This document shows, piece after piece, positions 18,838 through 28,944 of a stretch of 49,173 nt of DNA. How positions within the stretch are numbered: the first letter of the stretch is position 1; each line of letters starts with the position of its first letter. Made by a program: the position numbers and the translations under genes. The notes below the pieces were generated by a model that did no database searches, was not told the DNA's origin, and saw only the letters and a list, made by a program, of their open reading frames with translations. Location of the stretch: NCBI GenBank assembly GCA_030668615.1, contig DAOUTQ010000001.1:1-49173 (forward strand), written 5' to 3'. The DNA is from Bacteroidales bacterium (GTDB lineage: Bacteria > Bacteroidota > Bacteroidia > Bacteroidales > UBA12077).

Positions 18838-19404
18838 TTAGCAATTAGCTTTTAGGTAAAAATATGTCTCATTATAGACTTGGTCAAAATATTGATCAAG
18901 GTGTTTGTTTAAACCTTTTGCTCCATTCACAACTTGCTTTGCCCAATCCAGGTAAGTTAACTTTCTATGTAGCGACCAGTTTTCCGGTGGATCATTTTTA
19001 ATATCGAGAATATTACTGATCTTATCGGCAATTTTTAGTTTTTTTGCTCTGTCGGAAAGTTTTGGAGTGTGAATAACCTGTAATCTTTTGCGCTCTTCGA
19101 CCGGAAGACTCTTATTATCTGAAACTTCAAGAACAGTTAGTAAAACATTTTCTCCGTACTTCTCAAGAATAATTTCTGATATTTCTTTTATCTCCTGTTC
19201 ATTTTTAGTTGTGTCTTCAATTACATCATGTAATAAAGCAGATATTAAAAGATCTGTATCTGTTTCACCAAATTTTGATAATAACATTAGTACTGCGATT
19301 GGATGATTTATATATGGAATCTTCCCAACACCTTTGCGAAATTGATTTTTATGTCGTTCAGTAGCAAATGCAATTGCATCTATTATTTTAGCTGAGTTAT
19401 TCAT
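18838..19404 (-). CDS. HD-domain (p)ppGpp hydrolase-like protein (small alarmone hydrolase / Mesh1-like)
   Basis: HKNQFRKG...PYINHPIAV...LLHDVIEDT is the RelA/SpoT-type HD hydrolase pattern. No synthetase domain. Confidence 0.7.
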   Translation of the reverse strand: MNNSAKIIDAIAFATERHKNQFRKGVGKIPYINHPIAVLMLLSKFGETDTDLLISALLHDVIEDTTKNEQEIKEISEIILEKYGENVLLTVLEVSDNKSLPVEERKRLQVIHTPKLSDRAKKLKIADKISNILDIKNDPPENWSLHRKLTYLDWAKQVVNGAKGLNKHLDQYFDQVYNETYFYLKANC

Positions 19405-19465
19405 TAACAACTGATTACATGTAGTTTATCACTCCAGTAACATCAAATCCATACATATTTTCTCT

Positions 19466-20515
19466 TTAACGTTTAATTAACTTTTTGTCGGCCCCGGCAA
19501 TTAAAGCTGCTATAACTTTGGTTTTTGGAAATTGTTCTAAAATAATCTTGATGAAAACTGTTATTGGTATAGACATTATTAATCCTGCTATACCCCAAAT
19601 GTAACCCCAAAGCATAAGCATCACTAAAATTGTAATAACATTAATAGAAAAAGATTTTCCCATAAAAATTGGCTCTAATACACCTCCAAATAAAACTTGA
19701 ACTGCTGTAATTGTTAAAATAAAAAAGAACAAAATGCTTGTAGGTTCAAGTTCAATAAAAGCAAATAAAGTCAAAGAAATAACAGTAATAAAAGATCCAA
19801 TCATTTGAACAAAATTAACTACAAAAGCGAACAGACCCCAAAAAATCGGAAAACTAATGTCAAAAAACAGACATGCCAAACTAGTGCTAATACCAGTAAG
19901 TAAACTTATAATAAATTTTACTTTTATAAATTTAATTATATCCTTCTCTATTTTCATAAAAGCTTTTACGGAAGAATATTTTTGAACAAGGATCGTACTA
20001 TTTAATACCTTTTGAAAGTTTACGGATTCTGCAAGCCACAAAATCACAAAGAATACTGTCATTAATGTCATTGAAAGAGTTCCACCGATAAAATCTAAGG
20101 TTGAACTAAAATTCTTGATAATATTATTTTTTTGAAAGTAATGAACTAATACATTTTCACCTTGTACACGTTCAATGCCAAAAAATTCTTCGATAGAATT
20201 AACTAAACTTAAAAGCTTAGTTTCTGCCTTTTCAAAAAATACACCATCAGCTGATAATATTTCTTTACTTGTAAGCTGAATTAATTCGCCTCCAATTTTT
20301 AGCACCCCGGCTATAATTAAAATCACAATGAAAATACTTACAAAATTAGGCACTTTTCTCTTTTTTAGCCATCTCATTAAGGGTAAAAATAATAAGGCAA
20401 TAAACATTGATAGAATGAGCGGTATGAATATGAAAGATAATATTTTTAGTAAATAAAAAATTAACGGTATAACAATTATCAATAAAAGTAAGTTCGTTGT
20501 TTTTGTATCTTTCAT
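19466..20515 (-). CDS. AI-2E family transporter (PerM/YdiK-like permease)
   Basis: 349 aa, about 8 TM helices. C-terminal block LMLWGYIWGIAGLIMSIPITV is typical of the family. Confidence 0.7.
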   Translation of the reverse strand: MKDTKTTNLLLLIIVIPLIFYLLKILSFIFIPLILSMFIALLFLPLMRWLKKRKVPNFVSIFIVILIIAGVLKIGGELIQLTSKEILSADGVFFEKAETKLLSLVNSIEEFFGIERVQGENVLVHYFQKNNIIKNFSSTLDFIGGTLSMTLMTVFFVILWLAESVNFQKVLNSTILVQKYSSVKAFMKIEKDIIKFIKVKFIISLLTGISTSLACLFFDISFPIFWGLFAFVVNFVQMIGSFITVISLTLFAFIELEPTSILFFFILTITAVQVLFGGVLEPIFMGKSFSINVITILVMLMLWGYIWGIAGLIMSIPITVFIKIILEQFPKTKVIAALIAGADKKLIKR

Positions 20516-20690
20516 TATATTAAAAAATTATTATTTGATGTATTTATTATCTTTTTATAGAAAATTCAAAGTTAAGCTGATATTCCTGTTTTATTCAAAA
20601 AAAGTGACCTGTTTATGTTAAAAAAACATAAATCATTTTTTATAAACCAAAAACAATATAACGAAAATTGTGTTCAATTAAATAAAGCTC

Positions 20691-21137
20691 ATGTTACGAC
20701 TTGTTAATTTACTAATACTAACTTTTCTTTTAACGAAAGTATTTTCTCAGGATACTACAATGAAATATAACAATTTAAGCCCGCAAGAAGAAAGAGTAAT
20801 TTTATATAAAGGAACTGAAATGCCTTACAGTGGGAAATATGTAAATAATAAAGAAAAAGGCATATATTCATGTAAACGTTGTGATGCGGTTTTATATAAA
20901 TCTGATGATAAATTTGATTCGCACTGTGGATGGCCAAGTTTCGATGATGAAGTTAAAGGTGCGGTTAAAAAGGTTCTTGATGCTGATAGTAAAAGAACAG
21001 AAATTGTATGTGCGAAGTGTGGAGCACATTTAGGTCACGTTTTTATTGGCGAAGGATTTACAACTAAGAACACTCGTCACTGTGTTAATTCTGTTTCATT
21101 GCAATTTGTACCGCAAATGACAAAGAAAAAGAAGTAA
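20691..21137 (+). CDS. msrB: Peptide-methionine (R)-S-oxide reductase MsrB with an N-terminal signal peptide
   Basis: Two CxxC zinc pairs (CKRCDAVLY; [12 protein letters not shown]) and catalytic RHCVNS. N-terminus [20 protein letters not shown]. Confidence 0.9.
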   Translation: MLRLVNLLILTFLLTKVFSQDTTMKYNNLSPQEERVILYKGTEMPYSGKYVNNKEKGIYSCKRCDAVLYKSDDKFDSHCGWPSFDDEVKGAVKKVLDADSKRTEIVCAKCGAHLGHVFIGEGFTTKNTRHCVNSVSLQFVPQMTKKKK

Positions 21138-21139
21138 TT

Positions 21140-21802
21140 CTACAAAATTATTCCTGATTCTATATTTGTAGCTTCAGCAAATTGAATGAGTAATTCTTTT
21201 AGCTTATTTAATTGCAATTCTAAATCGGAAACTCCGCTAAACGACATGATATTCATTGAAATAGAACTTGTTTCGTTTGTAATTTTCACTCTCTCAGAAT
21301 CGCTTGTAGGGCTTCCGAATTTACCTATTTGATCTTCAAATACCGGAAGATTTTCAATATTCAATAATCCTCGACCAATTCCATAATATTCATCTTCTTT
21401 TGTTCCAATTGTAAATTCGATTGGTGGATTTAGCTTTGAAATATCGAAGGCACAAATGGAGTAAAATGATTCTATTGATAATAAATTATTTATATCAACA
21501 ATATTATTGATTTTATAGATTCCTTTTTCCTTTACTATTCTCCGCAACATTGCTTCTGATGATAATCTGTAGCGAGCAGGATCTTTACCCAAAGCTTTAT
21601 ATGCTTTTCGTGAATCATTAATTACCTGCAATTTTGATATATCCTCAACTATGTGTTTTGAGGCAAAATCCTTACAAGCATTATCCAATTTTTCAATCAA
21701 TAACTCATCTGATTTTTTAACAATAATGTTCGCCTGTAATGATCCAATTGCAATTTGATTCCACTTCGACTTTAGTTGTTTGGATATTTTTATGTCAAGC
21801 AT
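21140..21802 (-). CDS. B3/B4 (Phe-tRNA synthetase beta-subunit-like) domain protein
   Basis: PARYRLSSEAMLRRIVKEKGIYKINNIVDINNLLSIE resembles the B3_4 domain core. ATG at 21802 preferred over the upstream TTG. Confidence 0.6.
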   Translation of the reverse strand: MLDIKISKQLKSKWNQIAIGSLQANIIVKKSDELLIEKLDNACKDFASKHIVEDISKLQVINDSRKAYKALGKDPARYRLSSEAMLRRIVKEKGIYKINNIVDINNLLSIESFYSICAFDISKLNPPIEFTIGTKEDEYYGIGRGLLNIENLPVFEDQIGKFGSPTSDSERVKITNETSSISMNIMSFSGVSDLELQLNKLKELLIQFAEATNIESGIIL

Positions 21803-21863
21803 TTTTGATTTTTTTTGTAAAGATGCATAAATCAAAGAAAAGTTTATTTCTTTTGCCGTTAAT

Positions 21864-22649
21864 ATGATTACACAAGTAAAAAATATTATAAAACTTCTTC
21901 AATTTAACAATCTGTCTGAATTTGAAGATATTGTTCATTTTTCAACCACCAGAATTGGAGGAGTTAGTAGTAAAAGGCTGGAATCTTTAAATTTAGGATA
22001 TACAGTAAATGATAATCCTAAAAATGTTACTCAGAATTTAGATTCTTTAGCGCAATCAATTGGTTTTGAAAGGAATCAAATGGTATCGCCAAAACAAACT
22101 CACAGTAAAAATATTGGAATTGTAAACTCAAATAAAGACATATTTCCAGATACGGATGCGTTGATAACAAACAAACCTGGAATTTGCATTTTTATAAGAA
22201 CTGCAGATTGTGTTCCTATTTTACTTTATGATCCAATAAAAAAAGCTTTAGCAGCAATTCATTCTGGATGGAAAAGTACTGTTCAGGAAATATCAAAACA
22301 TACAATAGAGTTAATGCAAAAGGAATTTGGGACAAAACCTGAAGATTTAATTGCAGGAATTGGACCATCAATAGGCCCAACAGTTTATGAAGTTGGTACA
22401 GAGGTTGCAAAAATATTTAATAAACAATTTGGTGCAAATCACATAGTTAATCCTATTAAAAACTCAGATAAATATTTACTTAATCTTTGGGAAGTGAATA
22501 AGCAAATATTAATTGAATCGGGAATACCTAAAGAACAAATTGAAATCGCAGAAATATGCACTTATACTAATTCGGAATTATTCTATTCTGCACGGAGAGA
22601 TGGAGTAAAAACCGGAAGGTTAGCAACAGGAATTATGTTAAAAATGTAA
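21864..22649 (+). CDS. pgeF: Peptidoglycan editing factor PgeF / YfiH (laccase-domain, DUF152) protein
   Basis: TADCVPILLYD and AAIHSGWKS motifs. C-terminal FYSARRDG block. Confidence 0.85.
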   Translation: MITQVKNIIKLLQFNNLSEFEDIVHFSTTRIGGVSSKRLESLNLGYTVNDNPKNVTQNLDSLAQSIGFERNQMVSPKQTHSKNIGIVNSNKDIFPDTDALITNKPGICIFIRTADCVPILLYDPIKKALAAIHSGWKSTVQEISKHTIELMQKEFGTKPEDLIAGIGPSIGPTVYEVGTEVAKIFNKQFGANHIVNPIKNSDKYLLNLWEVNKQILIESGIPKEQIEIAEICTYTNSELFYSARRDGVKTGRLATGIMLKM

Positions 22650-23103
22650 CTATTTTTTATTTAATGCGAATATTGCAAAAGCTCTGGAAGGATTTGTTCC
22701 TGCAGAACTACCCGATAGCCTATCAAATTATTTTCGTTTGGATGCATATTTCACAAATTCTTTTGGTGGTTCTATTGGCTACACATATACAGTTGTTTTC
22801 TTTAAACGGATGTATTTAAATGCCTCAATAGTTCCTGCGATAGGTTACAGAAATTCAGAGTTTCGATATGGTGATCAAAATTCAAAGGATGATCTGGAAT
22901 TAACATTATCTCTTACCTCAAGATTTGCTCTCGGCTATAATGGCAAACATTTTTATGCCGGATTAACATTTGTATCTTTGGTCGATTCATATAATTATGA
23001 GTCAACCTCAATATCATCATCAACAGGTAATATTCGTTTTGTAATTGGCAAAAGGTTTAATACAGGCAAACGTTCTAAGAAAAAAGAAAAACAATCTATT
23101 TAA
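22642..23103 (+). pseudogene. 5'-truncated outer-membrane beta-barrel-like gene fragment (possibly DUF4421 family)
   Basis: The frame is open from 22642, immediately at the pgeF stop, with no ATG before an internal Met. The translated upstream part (NANIAKALEGFVPAELPDSLSNYFRLDAYF...) reads like a continuing protein. Alternating beta-strand pattern (LGYNGKHFYAGLTFVSLV). Confidence 0.4.
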
Positions 23104-23126
23104 TTTCTATTAAACTCATAATCTAA

Positions 23127-24002
23127 ATGCGCACTTTCTGGCTAATACTGGTAACTATAGTTTGGGGATCTACATTCCTTATTGTGAAAGAAACCGTTGC
23201 TTCAGTAAATGAATATTTAATTGTATTTATTCGATCTGTTTTAGCTTTTGGGGCAATGTTTATATTTCAGTTATTTAAAGACAGGAAAAAGCTATTCAAT
23301 AAAAAAGCTTTTGTATATGGTTCAATTTTAGGTGTATTACTGGCAATTTCGTACGCTTCGCAAACTATCGGTTTAAAATATACGAGTACAGGTCATAGCG
23401 CATTTATTACCAGTTCAGCTGTAATTATTGTTCCGTTCTTATTGTTTTTCTTTTATAAATCGAAGCTTTTTAGAATAGATATTTTTGCTGTTGCTATAGT
23501 TTTTGCCGGACTATTTCTTTTAACTTACGATTTTGATACAGCAATAAATCCGGGGGATTTAATTACAATAATTACTGCTGCAACTTATGCAATTCACGTT
23601 GTTTTAGCTGGTAGATATGTTAAAAAATCTGAAACCTTATCTATTATTACATATCAGTTTTTTGCTGCTTCAGCTGTTAGCCTTATAGCATGGTTAGCCA
23701 CTGATCACTCCTCAATTGAAATGAGTATAAAAGCAGGATTGTCTCTTCTGTATCTCGGCCTTATTGGAACTCTGTTTTGTTATTTTATTACTGTTTGGAT
23801 TCAGAAATATGTTTCTTCGTTAAAAGTGGTAATTATATTTTCACTGGAACCTGTTTTTGCTGCTATATTTGGTTATTTTATTATTCACGAAATATTAAAT
23901 ACAAAAGAACTTATCGGAGCTTCATTAATTCTTGCAGGAGTTATTATTCATAGTATTCTAAAGTATAGGATGAGTAAAAAATTAAAACCTGAGAATTCTT
24001 AG
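23127..24002 (+). CDS. DMT superfamily (EamA-like) transporter
   Basis: 291 aa, 10 hydrophobic helices arranged as two EamA repeats. Confidence 0.75.
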   Translation: MRTFWLILVTIVWGSTFLIVKETVASVNEYLIVFIRSVLAFGAMFIFQLFKDRKKLFNKKAFVYGSILGVLLAISYASQTIGLKYTSTGHSAFITSSAVIIVPFLLFFFYKSKLFRIDIFAVAIVFAGLFLLTYDFDTAINPGDLITIITAATYAIHVVLAGRYVKKSETLSIITYQFFAASAVSLIAWLATDHSSIEMSIKAGLSLLYLGLIGTLFCYFITVWIQKYVSSLKVVIIFSLEPVFAAIFGYFIIHEILNTKELIGASLILAGVIIHSILKYRMSKKLKPENS

Positions 24003-24004
24003 AT

Positions 24005-25360
24005 TTATCTTCTTTGGCTTTTCAGATTTTGTCTCTTGTCGCCTCTTTTTTGTGGCTTTTTGTATTTTTTCGCTTTAAGCCCTGCCTTATTACCAGAATT
24101 TGACTTTATGTTTTTCTCCTTTTTTTCTGTAAATGCTGGTCCGCGTTCGACCTTTGTTACGTTTCTATGTGGGTTTTTTACATCACCAATAATTGGTCGT
24201 TCTTCAGGTAATAATTCGCTCGATCTTTGAACCTCTTCAGGAAAATCAATCAATGGTATTTCGAAAGACATAAGACTTTCAATTGCCAGCTTATATTCTT
24301 CTTCCTTTGGGGTATAAAATAAAATGGTTTTACCTAATTGTTCTGCTCTACCAGTTCTACCAATTCGGTGCATATAGTTTTCAGGAAAATCAGGTGTGTC
24401 AAAGTTAATAACATGTGTAATTTTTTCTAAATCTAATCCACGTGCCATTACATCTGTAGCAATTAAAACCCTGTTTTTTCCTTCATCAAACTGTTGAATA
24501 GATCTTATTCTATAATTCTGCGATTTATTTGAATGTATTACACAAGCTTCTTCACCATACTCTTCTTCAAGAGTCTCGAAAACTTTATCCACATTTTTTT
24601 TAGTTGAAACAAATACCAGAACTTTACTAAACTCATCTCTATCAGTTAGTAAATAGCTTAGCAAATTAATTTTTGTATAAAAGTTTTTTACAGGATAACA
24701 GTGTTGTTCAATATTATCAAGCGGTGTTCCACTTACTGCAATTGAGACTTTAGCAGGTAAAACAAAAAACTCATCAATTATGGCATCAATTTCTGAGGTC
24801 ATTGTGGCAGAAAACATAATATTTTGTCGGCGCTCTTTTAGTAAATCAAATATATTTATTATTTGAGGACGGAATCCAAGATCAAGCATAATATCAACCT
24901 CATCGATCACTAATTTTTTTATTCCATTCAATTGTAAAACGCCGGTTACAGCTAAATCATATAATCGTCCTGGTGTTGCAACCAAAATATCGGTACCCTG
25001 AGCAACTGCTTGCTTTTGTGTGTTTATATTTGTTCCACCGTAAACACCTAAAGCACGAATATTCATGTAAGTCGTTAGCTTCTCAATATTTTCCACTAAC
25101 TGTAAAACCAATTCGCGTGTAGGAACTAAAATTAATATCCTTGGATTTAGCTGCTTTGAAAACTTTAAATCGTTTAAAATTGGTAATAAATATGCAAAGG
25201 TCTTTCCTGTTCCCGTTTGCGCTATTCCAACCATATCTTTTCCCGAATTAATTACCGGAAATGCTTTTTCCTGTATCGGTGTTGGTTTATCAAATCCTAA
25301 TTCAACAACTGCATTGTTGAGTTGTTTGTTAAACGCAAAATCTTCAAATGAATTCATCAA
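24005..25360 (-). CDS. DEAD/DEAH-box ATP-dependent RNA helicase (RhlE-like) with a basic C-terminal tail
   Basis: Q-motif region PTPIQEKAF, motif I AQTGTGKT, motif II DEVD, SAT, and HRIGRTGR. Lys/Arg-rich tail. Confidence 0.9.
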   Translation of the reverse strand: MMNSFEDFAFNKQLNNAVVELGFDKPTPIQEKAFPVINSGKDMVGIAQTGTGKTFAYLLPILNDLKFSKQLNPRILILVPTRELVLQLVENIEKLTTYMNIRALGVYGGTNINTQKQAVAQGTDILVATPGRLYDLAVTGVLQLNGIKKLVIDEVDIMLDLGFRPQIINIFDLLKERRQNIMFSATMTSEIDAIIDEFFVLPAKVSIAVSGTPLDNIEQHCYPVKNFYTKINLLSYLLTDRDEFSKVLVFVSTKKNVDKVFETLEEEYGEEACVIHSNKSQNYRIRSIQQFDEGKNRVLIATDVMARGLDLEKITHVINFDTPDFPENYMHRIGRTGRAEQLGKTILFYTPKEEEYKLAIESLMSFEIPLIDFPEEVQRSSELLPEERPIIGDVKNPHRNVTKVERGPAFTEKKEKNIKSNSGNKAGLKAKKYKKPQKRGDKRQNLKSQRR

Positions 25361-25390
25361 TAAAATATTTTTTTGTAAAGGTAATATTAA

Positions 25391-25409
25391 TCTTCAATAT
25401 GATTGAAGA
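25391..25409 (-). other. Perfect 8-bp hairpin between the radical SAM gene and the downstream helicase gene
   Basis: TCTTCAAT (25391-25398) pairs with ATTGAAGA (25402-25409), 3-nt loop. No clear U-tract on the minus strand, so its function as a terminator is uncertain. Confidence 0.3.
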
Positions 25410-25429
25410 GATATTGGGTATAGAAAAAT

Positions 25430-27622
25430 CTACAAAACCAATAGACCATTTTTTCTTAATGTATTTATTGGCTTTGAATACCAGAACAATTCAAAATTTT
25501 CGAACTGCTTTTCGAAATCCGTTTTTATTTGGGCAAAAGTAAGAGAGTCTTTTTCATAAACAGATAATTTCTTTAAAACTTCCGTAAACCATTCTCCTTC
25601 TTCTTTATCAAATGAAACCTCAACTTCTTTATTAAAGGTTAACTGTATTTTTTCTCTGCTTACTCCTTTTTTCGTTTTTTTGAAATACGACACTTTAGGT
25701 TTCTCTCCTAACCAAATTATTTGTGCAGAATCTTTAATAAAAAACGAATCTTCTGTTTCCAAACATTGCTGAATATAATCTTTTTGAATACTGGTTTTAG
25801 GAATTTCAAAACCCATTTCTACTTTATCAAACCAATCCTGAACAGGAATTTCGAAACCAAAACCATACATATAATTGTAAAGAGATTTCTTTAATCCAAA
25901 GCTAAATTGATCATGATCAATTCCTGTTTTATCTTCAAATTGAATATCGTTATGAGCAAAAGTGATCTCTTTGGATTCAGGAATAATATTATATAACTCA
26001 GGATTCTTTCCAACAACACTATGTGCAGTAAGAGCAAACTGATGCCAAAATCCGGATTGGATTAAATCCAATTCGAACATTTGCCGAACCATTTCGAGAC
26101 TATCAACCGTTTCTTGAATTGTTTGAGTAGGAAAACCATACATAAGATATGCGTGAACCATTATACCTACTTCGGTAAAATTATCTGTAACCTGAGCAAC
26201 TTGTTCAACAGTTACCCCTTTTTGTATAAGCTTAAGCAATCGATCTGAAGCAACCTCTAAACCTCCTGAGATTGCAATACATCCTGATGCTTTCAATAAA
26301 ATACAAAGATCCTTAGTGAAGCTTTTTTCGAATCGAATATTTGTCCACCAGCTAATTTTTAATTTTCTTCGGATGATTTCTATTGCCAAAGCTTTCATAA
26401 GCGCAGGAGGTGCTGCTTCATCAACAAAATGGAAGTTCCTTTCACCTGTTTGTGAAATTAGCTGTTCTATTCTGTCTGCCAGAAAATCAGCCGAATTTGG
26501 TTCATATTTTTTTATATAACTAAGTGTTGTATCGCAAAAAGCACATTTCCCCCAATAGCAGCCATGAGCCATAGTTAATTTATTCCATCGCCCATTACTC
26601 CATAAACTATGCATGGGATTAACTATCTCAATAACAGAAATATATCGATCAAGAAATAAATCAGTATAATCAGGAGAACCTAATTCAGATTGTTTATAAT
26701 CTTCATTTTGAGACGAATTATTATATTCTACTTTTCCGTTTTCCCTTATGAAAGTTCTTTTTAATAATCTCTGATTTGTATCTAAGACATCTGACAATAT
26801 CAATTCCAAAGACAACTCTCCATCATCGAGTGTTATGTAATCGAAGAAATCAAAAACCCGAGGATCAGAAACAGAACGCAACTCAGTTGTTGGGAATCCA
26901 CCGCCCATTGAAATTTTAATTTCAGGATAATTCTTTTTGATAAATTGAGCACAACGAAAAGCTGAGTATAAGTTACCGGGAAAAGGCACAGAAATACCAA
27001 GCAACTTTGGCTGAACTTGTTTTAACTTTTCATCCAGAATTTTTAAGCTAATAAAATCAATATATGAAGGTTCTTTCTGCAAATGTTCATACAAGAGATC
27101 AAAACTATTAGCACTTCGTCCTAATCTTTCTGCATATCGGCTAAAACCAAAATTCTCGTCGATGCAATCAACAATAAAATCCGATAAATCTTCAAGATAT
27201 AAAGTAGCCAAATGTTTTGCCTTATCCTGACCACTTGAATTCTCAAAAGCCCATTTCGTATCATCGAGTTGATTAAAGCGTGATGCTCGTGGCAAGAAAT
27301 TTTCGCTACAAATCTGTCGTGCAAAGTTTTTATTTTTCCCTTGAAGAAAAGCAATTACTTCATCAATGCTTTTTATATAATCATTTTTTGTAGCAAAAAT
27401 TTTCTGTGAATTTTCTGAATTAATGCTTTCCTTTTTAAAAGCAATATCAAACAAATCATTTAGACCTTTCTTTGAAAAAAGTTCCAGAATTACTTCTATC
27501 CCCAAATCCATTTGAAAAGAACTAATATTCTTTGTATTCAAAAACCCCTTTAAATAGGCAGTTGCCGGATAAGGTGTATTTAATTGTGTAAATGGAGGAG
27601 TAAGAAGAAATATCTCTTTCAT
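25430..27622 (-). CDS. B12-binding-domain radical SAM protein with a long C-terminal extension
   Basis: N-terminus IFLLTPPFTQLNTPYPATAYLKGFL is like cobalamin-binding-domain rSAMs. Cluster motif HGCYWGKCAFCD (CX4CX2C spacing). About 170 C-terminal residues of unknown fold. Confidence 0.75.
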   Translation of the reverse strand: MKEIFLLTPPFTQLNTPYPATAYLKGFLNTKNISSFQMDLGIEVILELFSKKGLNDLFDIAFKKESINSENSQKIFATKNDYIKSIDEVIAFLQGKNKNFARQICSENFLPRASRFNQLDDTKWAFENSSGQDKAKHLATLYLEDLSDFIVDCIDENFGFSRYAERLGRSANSFDLLYEHLQKEPSYIDFISLKILDEKLKQVQPKLLGISVPFPGNLYSAFRCAQFIKKNYPEIKISMGGGFPTTELRSVSDPRVFDFFDYITLDDGELSLELILSDVLDTNQRLLKRTFIRENGKVEYNNSSQNEDYKQSELGSPDYTDLFLDRYISVIEIVNPMHSLWSNGRWNKLTMAHGCYWGKCAFCDTTLSYIKKYEPNSADFLADRIEQLISQTGERNFHFVDEAAPPALMKALAIEIIRRKLKISWWTNIRFEKSFTKDLCILLKASGCIAISGGLEVASDRLLKLIQKGVTVEQVAQVTDNFTEVGIMVHAYLMYGFPTQTIQETVDSLEMVRQMFELDLIQSGFWHQFALTAHSVVGKNPELYNIIPESKEITFAHNDIQFEDKTGIDHDQFSFGLKKSLYNYMYGFGFEIPVQDWFDKVEMGFEIPKTSIQKDYIQQCLETEDSFFIKDSAQIIWLGEKPKVSYFKKTKKGVSREKIQLTFNKEVEVSFDKEEGEWFTEVLKKLSVYEKDSLTFAQIKTDFEKQFENFELFWYSKPINTLRKNGLLVL

Positions 27623-27649
27623 AAATACAAGTTAGATAAAAAAACAATA

Positions 27650-28909
27650 TTAGCGTGATTTTTTCGGCTTGCCATACCACTTTTTCTGCTTATTGCTTCC
27701 GGCAGGCTTTGGTCTTGCATGACCTACATTTCTTTTTCCTTGTTGCTGTTTTGGTTTTGGCTCAGGATTATGATCCATTAAAGGAAAAGCATGGTCTTCT
27801 ACTACTGTAATTGATTTTGAAATCAATTTTTCAATATCTTTCAAATACTCCTTTTCAGTAGCATCACAAAACGAAATTGCTGTTCCCTCTGCTCCTGCAC
27901 GTCCTGTTCTGCCAATTCGGTGAACATATGTTTCAGCAATATTCGGTATTTCATAATTTATTACGCAGCTTAAATCGTCAATATCAATACCGCGCGCTGC
28001 AATATCCGTAGCTACAAGAACACGAATCGTTTGATCTTTAAAATCCGTTAAGGCACGCTGTCTGGCATTTTGAGACTTATTACCATGTATTGCATCTGCT
28101 TTTATATTTTGCTTTGAAATAACTCTGGCAACCTTATCGGCACCGTATTTGGTTCTTGTAAATACTAATGCTGTTTTAATCTTTTCATCTTTTAAAATAT
28201 CTACCAATAATGCATTCTTTTTACCTTTATCGGTATAATAAACGAATTGTTCTATAATATCAACAGTCGATGAAACAGGAGCTACAGTTACCTCTGAGGG
28301 TTTATACAATATTGTACTTGCAAGTTTTACAATTGCAGGAGGCATGGTTGCCGAAAAGAAAAGCGATTGTCTTCTTTTAGGAAGTACCTGTAACATTCTT
28401 TTCACATCGTGAATAAATCCCATATCGAGCATACGGTCTGCTTCGTCGAGAACAAAGATCTCCACATCGCACAAGCTAATAAATCCTTGATTCATTAAAT
28501 CCAATAATCGACCTGGTGTTGCAACTAAAATGTCTACTCCACCTTGAAGCGAGGATGTTTGTTTATTTTGATTAACACCACCAAAAATTACAGTACTGCG
28601 CAATCCAGTATGTCGTCCGTAAGCTTTAAAACTTTCGCCAATCTGAATAGCTAATTCGCGAGTAGGTGTTACAATAAGGCTTCTTACTTTTCTTTTCTTA
28701 TCGTAGGTTTTATTTCTACTTAATAATTGCAAGATAGGAATAGCAAATGCCGCCGTTTTTCCTGTTCCTGTTTGAGCACAACCAAGTAAATCGTTTCCTT
28801 TTAAAATAATAGGAATAGATTGTTCTTGTATAGGTGTTGGTGTTTCGTATTCTTCTTCTTTTATTGCCTTTAAAATAGGATCAATAATGTTTAATGATTG
28901 AAATTGCAT
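27650..28909 (-). CDS. DEAD-box ATP-dependent RNA helicase (RhlE-like)
   Basis: PTPIQEQSI, AQTGTGKT, DEAD, SAT, HRIGRTGRAG. Basic C-terminal tail. Confidence 0.9.
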   Translation of the reverse strand: MQFQSLNIIDPILKAIKEEEYETPTPIQEQSIPIILKGNDLLGCAQTGTGKTAAFAIPILQLLSRNKTYDKKRKVRSLIVTPTRELAIQIGESFKAYGRHTGLRSTVIFGGVNQNKQTSSLQGGVDILVATPGRLLDLMNQGFISLCDVEIFVLDEADRMLDMGFIHDVKRMLQVLPKRRQSLFFSATMPPAIVKLASTILYKPSEVTVAPVSSTVDIIEQFVYYTDKGKKNALLVDILKDEKIKTALVFTRTKYGADKVARVISKQNIKADAIHGNKSQNARQRALTDFKDQTIRVLVATDIAARGIDIDDLSCVINYEIPNIAETYVHRIGRTGRAGAEGTAISFCDATEKEYLKDIEKLISKSITVVEDHAFPLMDHNPEPKPKQQQGKRNVGHARPKPAGSNKQKKWYGKPKKSR

Positions 28910-28944
28910 AAATGATTTTTGTATTGTAAAAAATTAAATTGTGT

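Noticed and set aside
25348-25542. 64-aa plus-strand ORF spanning the helicase/radical-SAM junction
   Set aside because: It overlaps the 3' end of the radical SAM gene on the opposite strand and has no motifs or promoter context. It is likely spurious.
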